Positions 49,701 through 62,800 of a DNA stretch of 64,000 bases are shown piece after piece. The DNA lies in assembly GCF_009914755.1 (NCBI RefSeq), contig NC_060946.1; one strand, 5' to 3'. The notes under the pieces were generated by a model. It did not search any database and was not told the origin of the DNA. It saw only the letters and a program-made list of their open reading frames with translations. Origin of the DNA: the human T2T-CHM13v2.0 reference genome, Homo sapiens. Position 1 is the stretch's first letter. Each line of letters starts with the position of its first letter. The position numbers and the translations under genes were made by a program.

Positions 49701-50265
49701 AGCTTTGATCTCTGTGAGTGGTTTGCAGGGTCAGGGTGGTCAGGGGAGTATAGGGATGGGAGTCAGGAGGGAGGCTGAGCGCTGTCCCCTTGGGTGATGG
49801 CCTGGGGACTGCACATGCACACATACCTTTCTCCTCCCCTCTGCTGCCTGCAGAGTGGTGTCAGGGAGTGGAAGTATGTGGAGGTTGGGGTCATGCAGAT
49901 CTGGGCAGGGTTGCAATGCACCCTTGGCCAAGTCATTCAGTGCCTCTGACCTCACTTGACTCATTGGCAAAATAGATTCTTTCCTGATGAATTAGATAGT
50001 AAAGTTTATCAGCAGCCTCTGCAGCCTCAGGTAATAGGCATTAACAATCCTGGACAGAAAACATAAAAGTTTCTTTTTAGTCTTGCCCTCACACCTTGAC
50101 CTCCTCTTCAGGAGCCATTTATCCTTTCCTGGAATCTGAGGAGAGAATATTTCCTCTCCTACACTTCCTTCTTCTTCAGCATGGGTCTCAGTTTTCCTAT
50201 TTGTACAGTGGAGGAATAGAGTGGGGTTGGAGAAGGGCACTGAGGTCCCCACCAGGTCTAACTTT

Positions 50266-50562
50266 ATTCTTTTTTTTTTTTTTTTGAGACAGAGTCTCAC
50301 TCTGTTGCCCAGGCTGGAGTGCAGTGGTATGATCTCAGCTCACTGTAACCTCTGCCTCCTGGGTTCAAGTGATTCTCGTGCCTCAGCCTCCTGAGTAGCT
50401 GGGATTACAAGTGCCCGCCACCACACGTGGCTAATTTTTGTATTTTTAGTAGAGACAGGGTTTCACCATGTTGGCCAGGCTGGTCTTGAACTCTTGACCT
50501 CAGGTGATCCACCCGCCTCAGTCTTCCAAAGTGCTGAGATCACAGGCTTGGGCCACTGGACC
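50266..50562 (-). mobile_element. Alu
   Basis: Antisense Alu. Confidence 0.95.
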
Positions 50563-51108
50563 TTAATTCAACTACGCTGTTAGAAAATAGCTGGAAACAT
50601 TTGGAGTAGGGTGTGAATGACTGCCATGGCAGACACATGACACTGCCTAGCTGGGTTCTGTGTCATCCACACCCTGCTAAGAGCTGCATTTGGCCTGAGC
50701 TGGTCTGGCTTCCTCACCTTGAGGGGAAAGAGAGACTGGGGCTCATCCAGAGAAGGGCAGGGGTGTGCAGCCAGGTTAGCCAAGACAGCTGCAGGGCAGG
50801 CTGTGGAGCCTGGGGAGGAAGAGGCTCAGGGAGTTCCACTGATGGCCCCAAGGCTCCCTGGGGAACCCAGGAGGGAGCTGAGGGTGCTGTGCAGTCCTGG
50901 AGGTGGAGTGAGAAGCAAAGGGAGAAGTTCCAAGCTCAACAGAAGAAAAAACTTCTCACAGGTAGATGTTCCCAAAGGTAGAACAGGTCCCAGGCAGGGG
51001 AAAAGCAGTGGGCAAAGGGAGCAGGTGGACCTTGCAGGAATGCAGGGGAGAGGCCTATTTTCTGAGGAGGGCAGCAGGGGGCAGCTGCAAAGTTTGTCTG
51101 GTGCTATT

Positions 51109-51510
51109 TCCCCAGCACTGCTCCTTCTCCCCAGCTCTACTGTCCCTTCCCCACCTCTTCTGTCCCTCCCCCACCTCTACTGTCCCTCCCCAGCTCTCCT
51201 GTCCCTCCTCCAGTCCTACTGTCCCTCCCCCAGCTCTACTGTCCCTCCTCCACCTCTTCTGTCCCTCCCCCAGCTCTCCTGTCCCTCCCCAGCTTCTGTC
51301 CCTCCCCCACCTCTACTGTCCCTCCCCCAGCTCTCCTGTCCCTCCCCAGCTTCTCTGTCCCTCCCCTACCTCTACTGTCCTTCCCCAGCTCTCCTGACCC
51401 TCCCCCCGGCTCCACTGTACCTCCCCAGCTCTCCTGACCCTCCCCACCTCAATTATCCCTTCCCTAGCTCTCCTGTTCTTCCCCAGCTCCTCTGTGCCTC
51501 CCCCAGCTCT
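51109..51510. repeat. ~19-20-bp C-rich minisatellite (CCCCAGCTCTACTGTCCCTC), ~20 copies
   Basis: Read directly; explains the repetitive 306-aa ORF. Confidence 0.93.
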
Positions 51511-53836
51511 GTGATCTCTCCCAAGTTCTCCTGCATTGTCTCCTTGGGAAAGTGCCTCTCACCATTGGATAATGGCTTCCGTTTTAGGGTGCTTTCCCAG
51601 GATCCTCTGTCTGATGCATCCTGGTGCATGCTGTGTTGACTGAGTGTCTTCTGGGTAGTAGGAATGGAGATGCAGGTCCCATAGTGCATAGCATGGGACC
51701 TGTTGTGGTTGGGGAGGCTGGGGCAGGCACCTGCTGGCTGTCCTGGGGACCACCGCTGATTGGTACTTGCTGGAATCAGAGCTGGCACTAGGCAGTTCAC
51801 GGTCCTGATTCCATGCCATTGGCACAACCTTGCAGGGCAGTGTCTTTTCCTTCATGTTACAGGTGAGGCAGCAGGCCGGCACCCTGCCCACAACCACATA
51901 GAGGGCCCAGGCTTGTCTGACGCCTCAGGCTGTGCTCTCTCCAGCTCACTGCGGTGCCTCTCCCAGGTGAGGGATACTGGGAGTGGGACTTCTGGCAGGA
52001 GAGGAATGGGGTGGGGCTCTGGGTGGTGCTGGTTTGGGCTCTCAGAAGGCGCCTGCATGGCGGGAAGCCTCAGCTGTGTGCTGCTGGACCTCAGGCCCAT
52101 CCAGCTGCCTCCTTCGCTCTTGATTCCACCCAAGGTTCACAGGCCCAGACCCTACCACTGGCCGTGGGCCAAGGTCGAGGACAGAGCAGCCACAGCCTAT
52201 GGTGGGCCAGGAGGGGGAGGTTGCCTGGGTGAGCATATCTTTGGCAGGACAGGCAGGACCCCCTCCCCAAACAGGATGCTGGGCAGGGTGAGCCGGGAGC
52301 TCAGTGAGGCCTGAGGGTGGGGAGGGCCGGAGGGACTGCAGGCGGATTCGGGAGCAGGTGGACAGGACCTGGGTACTGCCCGATGCAGGAGTAAGGGACA
52401 GGGGACAGGGCATGGGGATGCACAGATTTTGGTTCTCACTGCCCTGGAAGAAGCTGCCCGCTCTGAGCTGCTGCCTCCTGCCTTCATCTTCCAGCCCTCT
52501 GCACCCCCGAACATTCGCTGCAGGGTCTGCTTGGTCCTGGCCAGGACACTCGTGCCAAGACTCAGGCCCATGTCCCGAGCCCTTTCTTATCCGAGCCACC
52601 CATGGACCTGTCTGGTGTGGGTGAGGGTGGTGTTTGGGGCTGGGGGTGGGCAGAGATCTGGGTCTGGGCTTTCATGGCTGGAGCCAGGACCTCCCTCACT
52701 CATCCCTTTCCTGGGTCCCAGGAGCAAACCCTGTTTGGCTCCTTCTTTCCCCACATTTGACTCTGGCACCACTGTTGACCTGGCTCTGGGGTCAGACTAC
52801 TGGACTTGAACCCAGGGTTCCTGCTGCTGGCCCCCACACCTGGGCCTTCTGTGGGTGGCATGGGCAAATGAGCCTGCGGTAGGGGCAGCTCTGGAGATGT
52901 CAATCCCAGAGAGAAGAGGACACAGGGGACCTGCCATGAGCTGGTGAGCTCACCCAAACTCCCACGGTAGGGAAAAATGTCCCCAGTGATAAGGGCCTGG
53001 TTTTCAGAGCCTGATGCCCCAGGCTCTGCAACTTACTCTCTGGGTGGGGATACTGAGCTCGGGGATGTTAGACAAATCAGAAGCTCAGCTGGAGGGGGTG
53101 ACTGGAAGCCTGTGGACCTCATAGTGTCCCAGTTCATGCCACCGTTGCCACCACTCCACAGTGAACAGGTTGGGTGGTCATGAGGATTGAATGAGGAGCC
53201 CAGCACAGCCCCTAGGCTGAGCAAATGCTTAGCAAGGGTCAGCTGGTGTTGTGGAGACTGCGATGCCACAAGCCATGTAGCTCTGGCCTTTCTGCCTCGG
53301 GGGGACCCCTCCTCGCTATCCCTCTGTCCCCGCCCCACACTCTGTCCCTTGGATTGCTGCCTCTGCTTTGCACTTGGCTTTCAGTCTTCCGCCTCTGCCC
53401 ACTGCCTGAGGGATCTCCCCAGGGCGGGTCCTGGCCCCGACCACTTTCCCTGGTGTTCTTCTCTGTGGCCACTGACAGTGCAGCGAAGAGGGGCCGCCTC
53501 TGCCTCCCAGGCACTCTCTGAGCAAGCCTCCCCTTTGGTTCCTGCCTCTAGGCCTTTGCTTCTGCTCCCTCTGCCCGTTATGCCCTCTCTGCCCTTGTCA
53601 AGGGCACTCTCCAAGCTCCTCTCCTCTCTGCTTTCCAGGAGGGACGGGAGGCCCCACTGTGCTCCTCAGCCCGTGTGCCCCTCGGCCTGGCAGGGCATGG
53701 TCATTGTGTTCTCAAGCCTCACAGCCTCTGGACCTCTTGCTCAAGGGCAGGGCTGGGCCCAAATGCCTCTGAGTCTCTGGCTTTGCTTGGCCCAGAGGAG
53801 GAGGCAGAGACAACTGCAGAGGTGGGCTGAGTCTGA

Positions 53837-54354
<518 letters not shown>

Positions 54355-57300
54355 TGAGGCAGGGCTGGGCATGGCCAGGACCCTGGACAGCTCAGAAGAG
54401 CCCATCTGCCCGTAGCAGTGCTGGGATGGTAGCTGAGATGTGCTGGGGGCCTCAGCAGGGTTTGAAGGAGTTGGTCTGGCACCAGGTGGGGGGCAGGGGA
54501 GCTGGGTGGAGGGAAGAGCGGGTGTCTTAGAGTCTGAAGATGGGCCTTGTTATCTCAACTTTATACCAGCTGGGCAGGTCTCGAAACCTCTTGGAGCCTC
54601 GGTTTTTTCATCTATAAAATGGGATTTCTAGTCTCCCTTCACAGGGAGGGCTGCCCCTCACTGAGGTCCCAACCAGGCTGTTGTGAGAAATAAACCAGCT
54701 AGAAGCCATCTGGAGAAGTTCTCTCAAACAGCAAAGGGCTCAGAGGCAGCATGTGAGGGGCCAAGAGCCATAGGTACCGTGAGCTCAGGCCACCCACAGG
54801 GGAGGCTTGGAAGTGGTGACTGGAGGACCAGGAGTGGCACCAGGAGCAGCCCCCACCTCGGGAGCATATCCTCCTGGCTCCTGCAGACTGCACAGGAGCC
54901 CGGCCCTGCCTGGGCTTGGCCTCCATCCAGCTCCTGCCTGGCTTTCTGGGTGATGGCCTGGAGTTACATGGCAGGGAATGCTGCAGAGTGGGGTGGGCGT
55001 CTCATGTGGCCAGTGGTCCAATTGGAACTCTAGCTGGGGGCAGGAGGAGGGAGCTCCTGGGGTCTTTCCATAGCTTGTCATTTCATCTATGAGCAAGCTC
55101 AGGAGTGAGCCTTCCCATCCCCTTTCTCCTCGAGCTGAGGAAACTGAGGCTCAGAGAAACATGAGAATGTCCCAAGGTCCCAAGCAAGTTAGTAACAGAA
55201 CTGGGTTTTAGAATCCAGATCCCCAGACCTGGTATCTAGAACTGTGACAGTGTGAGCTGCCACTGCTTGCTGAATGTTTACTGTGCACCTTGCACTCTGC
55301 ATGTGCACGGCCCTTGAGGTAGGGATTATTGCATCAGCTTTACAGAAGAGACTGAGGTTCAGACTCATGAGCTGTTAAATGGCAAAAGCAGAATTTGGTT
55401 AGGGCATGGTTTAAGAGTAGGTATAGTCATTGCAGGCTGTACCTGAGCCTGCTGGAGGTGAGCAGGGCCCAGGGTCCCTGATAAGGTGTGGCTTTTCCAC
55501 CTTGGGCTCTAGGCCTAGAGGAAGGCCCAGGATGAGGACCATGCCAGATAGCTGGACTAAAATTGACCCTGCCCTGGGCTGTGTCAGGATCCACACAGAC
55601 CTGGCTGGCAGGTAGAGACCTTGTTGGGGTCTAATAGGGCCGAGGTGGGGATATGAAACTAGGGCTCCATCCTTCAAGACCCAGCTTGCGTCACCTCCTC
55701 TTGGGAGCCTCTCCCAAGCCCCAGCCCATGATGACTTTCATGTCCTCTGAACTCCTCTGCCCTTCTCTGCCAGAGTGATTCCTGGGGCCTAAAACAGTGC
55801 ATGTGGATATTTGCTGATTAATAACATTTCTGGCATGCTGGCTGTGAGCCAGTCACCATGAAGGACCCGAGGAAGGCATGAAAGCTTAGGTCACTCTGTC
55901 AGCGAAGCCACCCAGGCCTCCAGCTCATCCCAGCCCTTGCCCTGCAGGGACCCCACACACCCCACACCCCTCCTTGAATGCCCCACACTCACCATCCTTC
56001 GTGACATCCTGATGATCGCGGGAAAGTAGGAGACAAAAAATTCCCATAAATAAAGTAGACTCCCCCAACCCCCACCCAAAATCTTATCATCAGGGTTGAA
56101 ATTTTGCTGTATTTACTTCCTGACTTCTTTCTCCTCTTTCCCTCTATTTTTTCATTTTTCAAAACACAGATTCGGGCACACTCTGGTGTAACCTGCTTCG
56201 CTCGTTCGCGGGATGGGTGGTGAGCATGGAGCCCATTTTCCCATGTGGCATTTCAGCAACAGGACTTGGCTATTTGAAACTCCCCAGACATAGCAGGATT
56301 TAAAAAACGGATCCCCTCTGGCTGGGCATTTAGGTTGCTTTCACTTCTGGGCTGCTATAAACAGCCTGCAGTTACTGCCTCAGGACGCCTTTCTGGAAGG
56401 TGAGTTTCTTGGCCAGGGGATATCGCACATGCACTTTGGAGCCTCTGAGCCTTTGCACAGGCTGGTCCCTTTGCCTGGCTGCCCCTCTCCCATTTATCCC
56501 TAGATTCTTCTGCAGCACACACACTGCCTCCTCTGAAGTGTCCTGGCTGCATGTGCTGCTCTCCTTGCCCTGGGCTGCCCTCTTCTCCCTGGTGTCATGA
56601 GTATCTGCTGACCTTCTGCTTCTCCCATGACAGAGTGCCTTCCTTCTCTTCCTTCTCTGCCTTGGCCTCCAGCACGTAGTAGGCGCCTAGGAAATGTTTT
56701 CCAGCAGAACGAGCCATCTCCTGGCTGGTTTAGCAGTGTGGGATTGTGTGGTGTTTCTATTAGTCTCCATGAACAAGTGCCACTGTGTTATTAAATTTTT
56801 CCAAAAGCAGAATGTGTGCTGTGTTTGCCAGAATGGTTGCTCTTTTAGGAGTGGGTCTATCCTGCCCATCCCACACTCCTCATTCCCTCATCTTTTAGGG
56901 ACCATTCCCTGGGCACCTACAGAGTGCCAGGCCCTGTGGGATGCAGCACTAGGCGCTGGGGAGGCTGACCTCTGGGATGCAGCCTGGCCCAGGGGAGGCA
57001 TGAGGGCTACATAAGACAGTGTGGGTCAAGCTGAGAGCTCTGCGCCTGGGACTGGGTGGTGCAGGTAGCACCAGGTCCCTCTGGTGGAGAGCTCATGCTT
57101 GGCTTCAAAGCAAGTGCCGAGTGCCAGGAATATGGTAGATGCTCAATAAATGTGTACCCTGGGAAGGTAAGAGATGATGCTCTGGGACTTGAGGGTAGTT
57201 CTGGTAGGACTGGAGGTGGTGGGGAAGCTGGCCTTGGAGGACAAGTGTCACAGGAACCTCTGCTCTCGACCCAGGGACCAGGAAGGCACATTTGTCACTG

Positions 57301-57659
57301 TCCTTTGTGATCTCCAGAGGCCACAGCCAAGCTGTGGCTTTGTCCCAGGCAGGCGGCAGGTGGGGTCTGCTGAGACACTGAGTCCAAGCCGCCTTCCCAG
57401 GCAGGCATGACAGTTTTCTCCTTCACCTCCCTCGAAGTCACGGTGCTCAGGAAGCCTGTAGCCTAGGAGGAGAAAGAGGCTCCCGGGTTGAGTTTGGGAT
57501 TCCCTGAGAGAGAATTGGGGTCTAAAGACAAGGAAGCAGGAGGGGGTGACTGCCTCAGGACTCCTCGGCCAGCCCTTGCCCCCCATCTCTGGCCTGAGGG
57601 CCCCAGGCCTCCATCCTCTCCCTCCATAGCCCAGCCTCTCCCCCTCTACCTCTGTCTTT

Positions 57660-58080
57660 AGAGGTGCCAGAACAAGCTGTAAAAAGATAAACGTGACCAA
57701 GTCACAGCCCTGCTTAAAAACCCTCTATGGCTCCCACTGCCCCTGATAAAGTCTATCCAAGGCTCTTCCCGATCTGGCTTCTGTTCCCTCACTCCCAGCC
57801 TTGCCACCTCATCTTCCCTCCCTTGCTTTTCCTTTGTCTCTAGCCCCAATGAACTCACATGCCAAGGCCTTTGCATGCCGCATTCCCTCGGCCTGGATGT
57901 CTTTTCCAGGCCTTCTCTCCTGGCATACACTCATTCAACTGGGCTGTCCCCACCTCCAGGAAGCCACACCAGATAGCAGTCCTCAGGGGCAGAATAGGCC
58001 TGAGGGGCCCGCAGAGGGTGTCCTTGGGGATGGTGTGATGTGTGTGTTGGTGAAGGGAGACCCTACAAGCATTTGTTGAG
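57660..58080 (+). mobile_element. L2 fragment
   Basis: CCTGCTTAAAAACCCTCTATGGCTCCCACTGCCC, GGCCTTTGCATGCCGCATTCCCTCGGCCTGGATG, ATTTGTTGA end. Confidence 0.7.
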
Positions 58081-58299
58081 GGGCTTTGGGCCTCTGAGGA
58101 GCCACAGCCCCTTTTCATCTTCCTCTCAGTCTGGGAGGCCCAGGCCAGAGTGATCTGCACCCTAACTATACAAGGCCCTGGAATCCCCGTCCCACCCGCG
58201 GCAAGGGGCTGGAAGCCACAGGGCCTTAAACTCCCCAGGGTGACCCCCGACACTGAAGGCGATGGTCTCTGCTCTTCCCAGCAAGGCAGGGCCTCTTTA

Positions 58300-59530
58300 C
58301 ACTGGGTGTCGCGCCGTCTGAGTTCCTGACTTGTTTACCCGTCCCGTTGGGGCTCCGGCCGCTGCAGGCTACCTGCTGTGCCCGGGATTGGGGACCTGTG
58401 ACTCCCGAGTGGAAGAGATGGTGGCCCAGGAGGAGGACCCCGACCTATTCAGACTGGGAGCTGGGGTCAGAGTGTCTCCGTCTCCGGAGGGGGACCTTCC
58501 AGACCCCGGGCGGGAGGGGCCCACAGCAGGGTGCCCCGGCGGCCCCAGGAGGGGGTCCGGGCCTCGGGCGAAGGCTGCGGCGCCCCGGAAGGAGCCGCGC
58601 ACGCCCCTGCACGCGGTGCCCGCTGCGGAGGCCACGGATCCGGAGGTGAGAGCGCCCCCGCCCCGCTCCCTGCCCAGCCCGCGCGCGGCCCGGTCCGGGG
58701 CTGGGGGCGGGCGCCAAGAGGGGCGCCGGGCGCAGTGGGGCGGCCCCCTCCCTTTTCCGCAGCGCGGGCCCCGCTCCTCCTCCCGCGTCCAGGCCCGCGG
58801 CCGCGCTCCCTGTCCCTCCGCAGCGGGATGCGGACTCCGAGCCCGGGCGGGGGCCGAGGGCCGAGGCCTGGCGGGCCTGGCGGGGGCCCCGGCGGGTGGC
58901 GGCGCAAGGGCCGGGACCGAGGCCGCGAGCGCGCCCCTCCCGGCGGCCGGGCGCGGAGAGGCGGGGAGGGCGGGCGTGGGGAGGCGGGCGGCGGCGGGCG
59001 GGGGGAGCCAAGGAGGCTCGGAGCCTCGCGGCGCGCGGGCGGGCGGCGGAGGGGGCGCGGGGAGCCCCCCGCCCCACGAAGGAGGAGTCTGGCTCCCACT
59101 TGCAGCCTCGGACGCGCGGCGAGGCGGCCGCCGCCGGAGGAGCCCCCGCCCCTGCGCGCCTCCCTCCCGGGAGCCCCTGCCTCCCTCGGTGCGCGCTGCT
59201 GCTCGCAGCCGCCGCGGCCGCCGAAGAGGAGCCCGGGGCCAGGTAGGACCGGAGGCGGGCGGGGCGCGGCGGGCGCGGGCGGGAGGCCGGGCGCGGGGCG
59301 CGGCCGGGACCCTCTCCAGGCGCTGGGCGACGCCCGCGGCGCTGCGCAGGGGCGCCCGCAAAGTTACTTTGGCCGCCTTTGCCGGGTGCGGGAAGCGGGC
59401 TGGGCACCCCAGCTGCCCCGCCTGCCTAGCGGGCGGCGGCGGGAGGGGGCTCCGCCAGGGCGCGGGACTCCGGCTGGGGCCGCGGGGTCAGCGAAACTTT
59501 TCCCTTGCTCGCCAGTCGCTGCTGCTGCTG
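58300..59530 (+). promoter_or_regulatory. CpG-island promoter with multiple GC boxes (Sp/KLF)
   Basis: Very high GC and CpG density, many GGGCGG/CCGCCC, G-skew on + strand, no TATA. Confidence 0.93.
59086..59242 (+). other. Probable non-coding first exon (5'UTR) of an unidentified + strand gene
   Basis: No ATG; ends at CAG|GTAGGA donor (GT at 59243); start inferred from AGTCT/CCACTT Inr-like motifs, so the TSS is approximate. Confidence 0.6.
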
Positions 59531-59717
59531 GCGGAGTAGCTGGTGGAAGCAGCGGGCTGGTGGAGTGCCAGTGATGATGATAGTGGTAACAATAGCAGCC
59601 CCCGCTTGTAGAGAGCCTACTGTGTGCGCTGCCAAGCCCCTGCTGGCACTTGGGGGGGAAGAGATAGGGAACGAACGCTGGCCGAGTGGCCACTTTTGCT
59701 AGGTATTGCTGGAAACT

Positions 59718-59880
59718 TCATCCATTTCCTTCCATCCATTCATCCCTCCCTCCCATCCATCCATCCATCCATCCATCCATCCATCCATCCATCCACTCAC
59801 TCAACACATATTTATTCCTGTCTGCTATGTCCTCGGCCAGGGGATTCAGTGGCTACCTAGACAGGTCCCAGCCCTCAAAG
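59718..59880 (-). repeat. (TCCA)n microsatellite at an L2 3' end
   Basis: (CCAT)n followed by CACTCACTCAACACATATTTATT...CTATGTCC. Confidence 0.8.
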
Positions 59881-62800
59881 GGAATGTTGATCATGGAATG
59901 CCCAAACTAAGGAGCAGTTCTGTCTCCTGTGTGTTTGTTCTGGGACATGTTACGGGAGCGTGAATTCATGCTGTCTCCCTTCACCCTGGCAGGGCCAGAG
60001 GCGTGTCATTCAGAGCACTGATGTGCCCAGGAGTCTGGCAGGCCCCGGCCTGGCCTTCGGAACTCACCCTGCTCCTTTCCCTCCCACCTCTCCGGGCTCA
60101 AGCTGGGTGGCCCAGTTGGTGTCAGGAGGCTCCACTCCGGAACTGGCCCCCACCCCTGTCCAGCTGACCTCTCTGGGATGTCTCTTCCCCAGTGCTGGGC
60201 TGGCCTGGCTCCCAGCTCCCCTCCCAGAGTTTCTTTGCCTTCCCCCTCCCCATTTCCCCTGCTCTATTGAATGGCCCAGAGGAGAGCTTGTTAAGTGGCA
60301 AACAATTATGAAATTAAACTGGGGGAACAAAAGTGGGCTGGCTGTTGAATGGCGGAGCTGGCTCACGGGAGTTGAATGGCACTGGGAGACTTGTTAGCAG
60401 GGATCTGCGGCGCCGGGGGGCGGGGGCGGGTCAGGCAGACAGGCACTGTCAATAATCTGACTGGACTTTGCAAAAAAAAAAAAAAAATTAAACCAACTTG
60501 GTGAGAAACCTGGCACAGGGCGATGTTGGAGAGGCCACCAGCTGACTGCCACGTCCAGTCGGAAGCCAGATCTTGGTGTACAGGAGCCAGGGCTCTAAGA
60601 GACTATTTGGGGAGGGTGCTGATGGATTCGGCCGGGCTGAGGCAGGGGAGAACCTCAATGCGTTTGAGCTTGTGGTGCTAGGGAGGCATTCTGGAGCCAG
60701 GCGCAGTCTGCAGGGGCCCTCTGTGTGGGAACCACGCATGATAAACTGCGCTTCACCGTGCTGGGCTCCTTGCAAATTGGCTTTCTGAGTGGCAGCCCCA
60801 CAACACTTGTAAAATCTTTTTCTGGAGATGGATTTCGGTGGAATGGTTCCATCGATTCTAGTGCTTGCTCACTGGAGGTACATTAATTGGGCGATGGCTA
60901 GTCAAAAGGCGATAATCCAGTCACGGAGGCTTAATCGTGTGTTCGGAAGTGTTTCAGTGTGGGACTGCCTTCCTATTTATTTCTCGGCCCCAGGAATTTC
61001 GGAAGACCTGGATTGAATGAGGTCCCTGTACTGGTGATGTGGATGGGTTCAGAGAGTCACCTACATGGCCGAGGAGGTACCTCTGATGTAACCACCCCGT
61101 GGTACGCTTAGAATCACTCACATCCACCCTGGCTGATGCCCCGTGGGCTATGCCTGTGGACAGATAGGACAGGTTTAGATCTAGGCGAACAATAAGAATT
61201 TTAGGGTGTTTTACTTGAGCCCCAACTGTCAGGAATACACAGACTGATGTAGGGAATCATCGTTCTTGAAAAGCCTGCTTTTAATAAATTCCCAGCTCAC
61301 CCATGAGACTCTTAAATCTTCATCCAATGAATGTGGCTTAAGTTCATTTGTTCTTCTTTGAACTTTGCTACCTTCCCAACTAGGCAGTACGGGCCTTGGT
61401 ATGCTCACTTTATACAGGACACATCTCTCTCTGCTTGTTTGAGGAATGACGGTGGTCGCTGGGATTCCGTGAAGGGCAGCATTAAGGAGAAAAATCAGCA
61501 TTCTGGGTGCGGGTCTGGACTTCTGGAAAAAAAGAAAACCCTCCCCAAAGTGCAATCATCTTTTAGTCTATCAAAATGACTTCATTTTCCCAATTTCAGG
61601 CCTGTGAACTGATCATGAATACCGGGGGCAGAGGAAATTAATCAGCCAGGCAAAGACTTTTAACAAGTAAATATTATGCACAGAAAAACATGCAATTAGT
61701 GGAGGTTAGTTAATGCCTTTCAAGTTGCATCAGGCTGCAGTTAAGGGTGGAATTTCTGCGTTATCCCTGGATTGTCTGTCAAAGTCTTTAATGTGACAAT
61801 GTGACATGTCTCTCCCATCGCCCCTCCCTCACCGGGAACAAAAAAGGGTCTTTTCACGAATTCCCCCTTTCCATTCTTCTTCTCCCTGAGATCTTTCCGT
61901 TCAGCAATAAGTACCTTTGTCTGCCTGCCCTTCTGGAGCAAGGGTCCTGGGGCAAAGGGCTCCCCAGGTGCAGAGGCCTGGGAATAGCTTCTCAGGCTCC
62001 CTCCGTACCCACAGATCAAAGTCGATGGCACCTCCGATAAGAGGTAGGGGCCTTCCTTCTGGCCTGGGCGCCTCACCCTCTAGGACCAGAAGTGTCCAAC
62101 ACTTGGGGGTGGCAGGGAGAAGAGGGGATGAAGGCACTGTTTCCCACAGCAAGAACCGTTTAATGTAGCCTGGGGCACTCCGAAAGCCATTCCCTGCAGC
62201 CCTCGTTCTTGCTGTGTGGATGTCCCCATGTAATGAGACCATCAGTGAGCATCCCTTCCAGACTGCCACTGAAGTTGTCTGACTTGAGTTTGAAGAGGTG
62301 ACTAAAATGTCAAAAGCAAAAAAAAAAAAAAAAAAAAAAAGGAAAGAAACAAAAAACCCAACAGGAAAAAAATAAGAGACCCCTTTTTGGGGGTGGTATT
62401 GGAGGAAAGGTATAAATTGCTTCTCAGTTAATTTGATTCACCATGGTTCTCCCTGGTGACCTGACAGGTCTGCTGCCAACACAAATGTTTTACTTTATTT
62501 TGACTTTTTTCCCCCTAATGAGACAAGACTTAGTTATACTTTATTTCCACTTAAAATATCTGTGACCAATGAGGGCAGCCCAATTTCATAAAAAAATCAT
62601 AACAAATTGAGATTATAGGTATTAATTTTGAAATCAAATTGTGATTTGAGGTGTTCCGTGGCCTTTTCAGGCCTTTTCATGAATTACTCTGTGGGGGATT
62701 TTCTTGGACCTGAACTTGGCCAGCTTAATGTCAGAACCAGGTCATCATCATAAATAGAAGCAGCTGCGGGAAAAAATAAATAAATAAAATTCTCCCTTCT

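Noticed and set aside
50719-51639. 306-aa Pro/Ser-rich ORF
   Set aside because: Open only because of the C-rich minisatellite; TTG start and no domain
59086-59242. Assigning a gene symbol to the promoter
   Set aside because: No recognisable coding exon lies in the window and I cannot reliably match this 5'UTR from memory; BLAT is needed
58331-59574. Overlapping 200-400 aa ORFs in several frames
   Set aside because: Artefact of the stop-poor CpG island; Gly/Arg/Ala/Pro-rich on both strands
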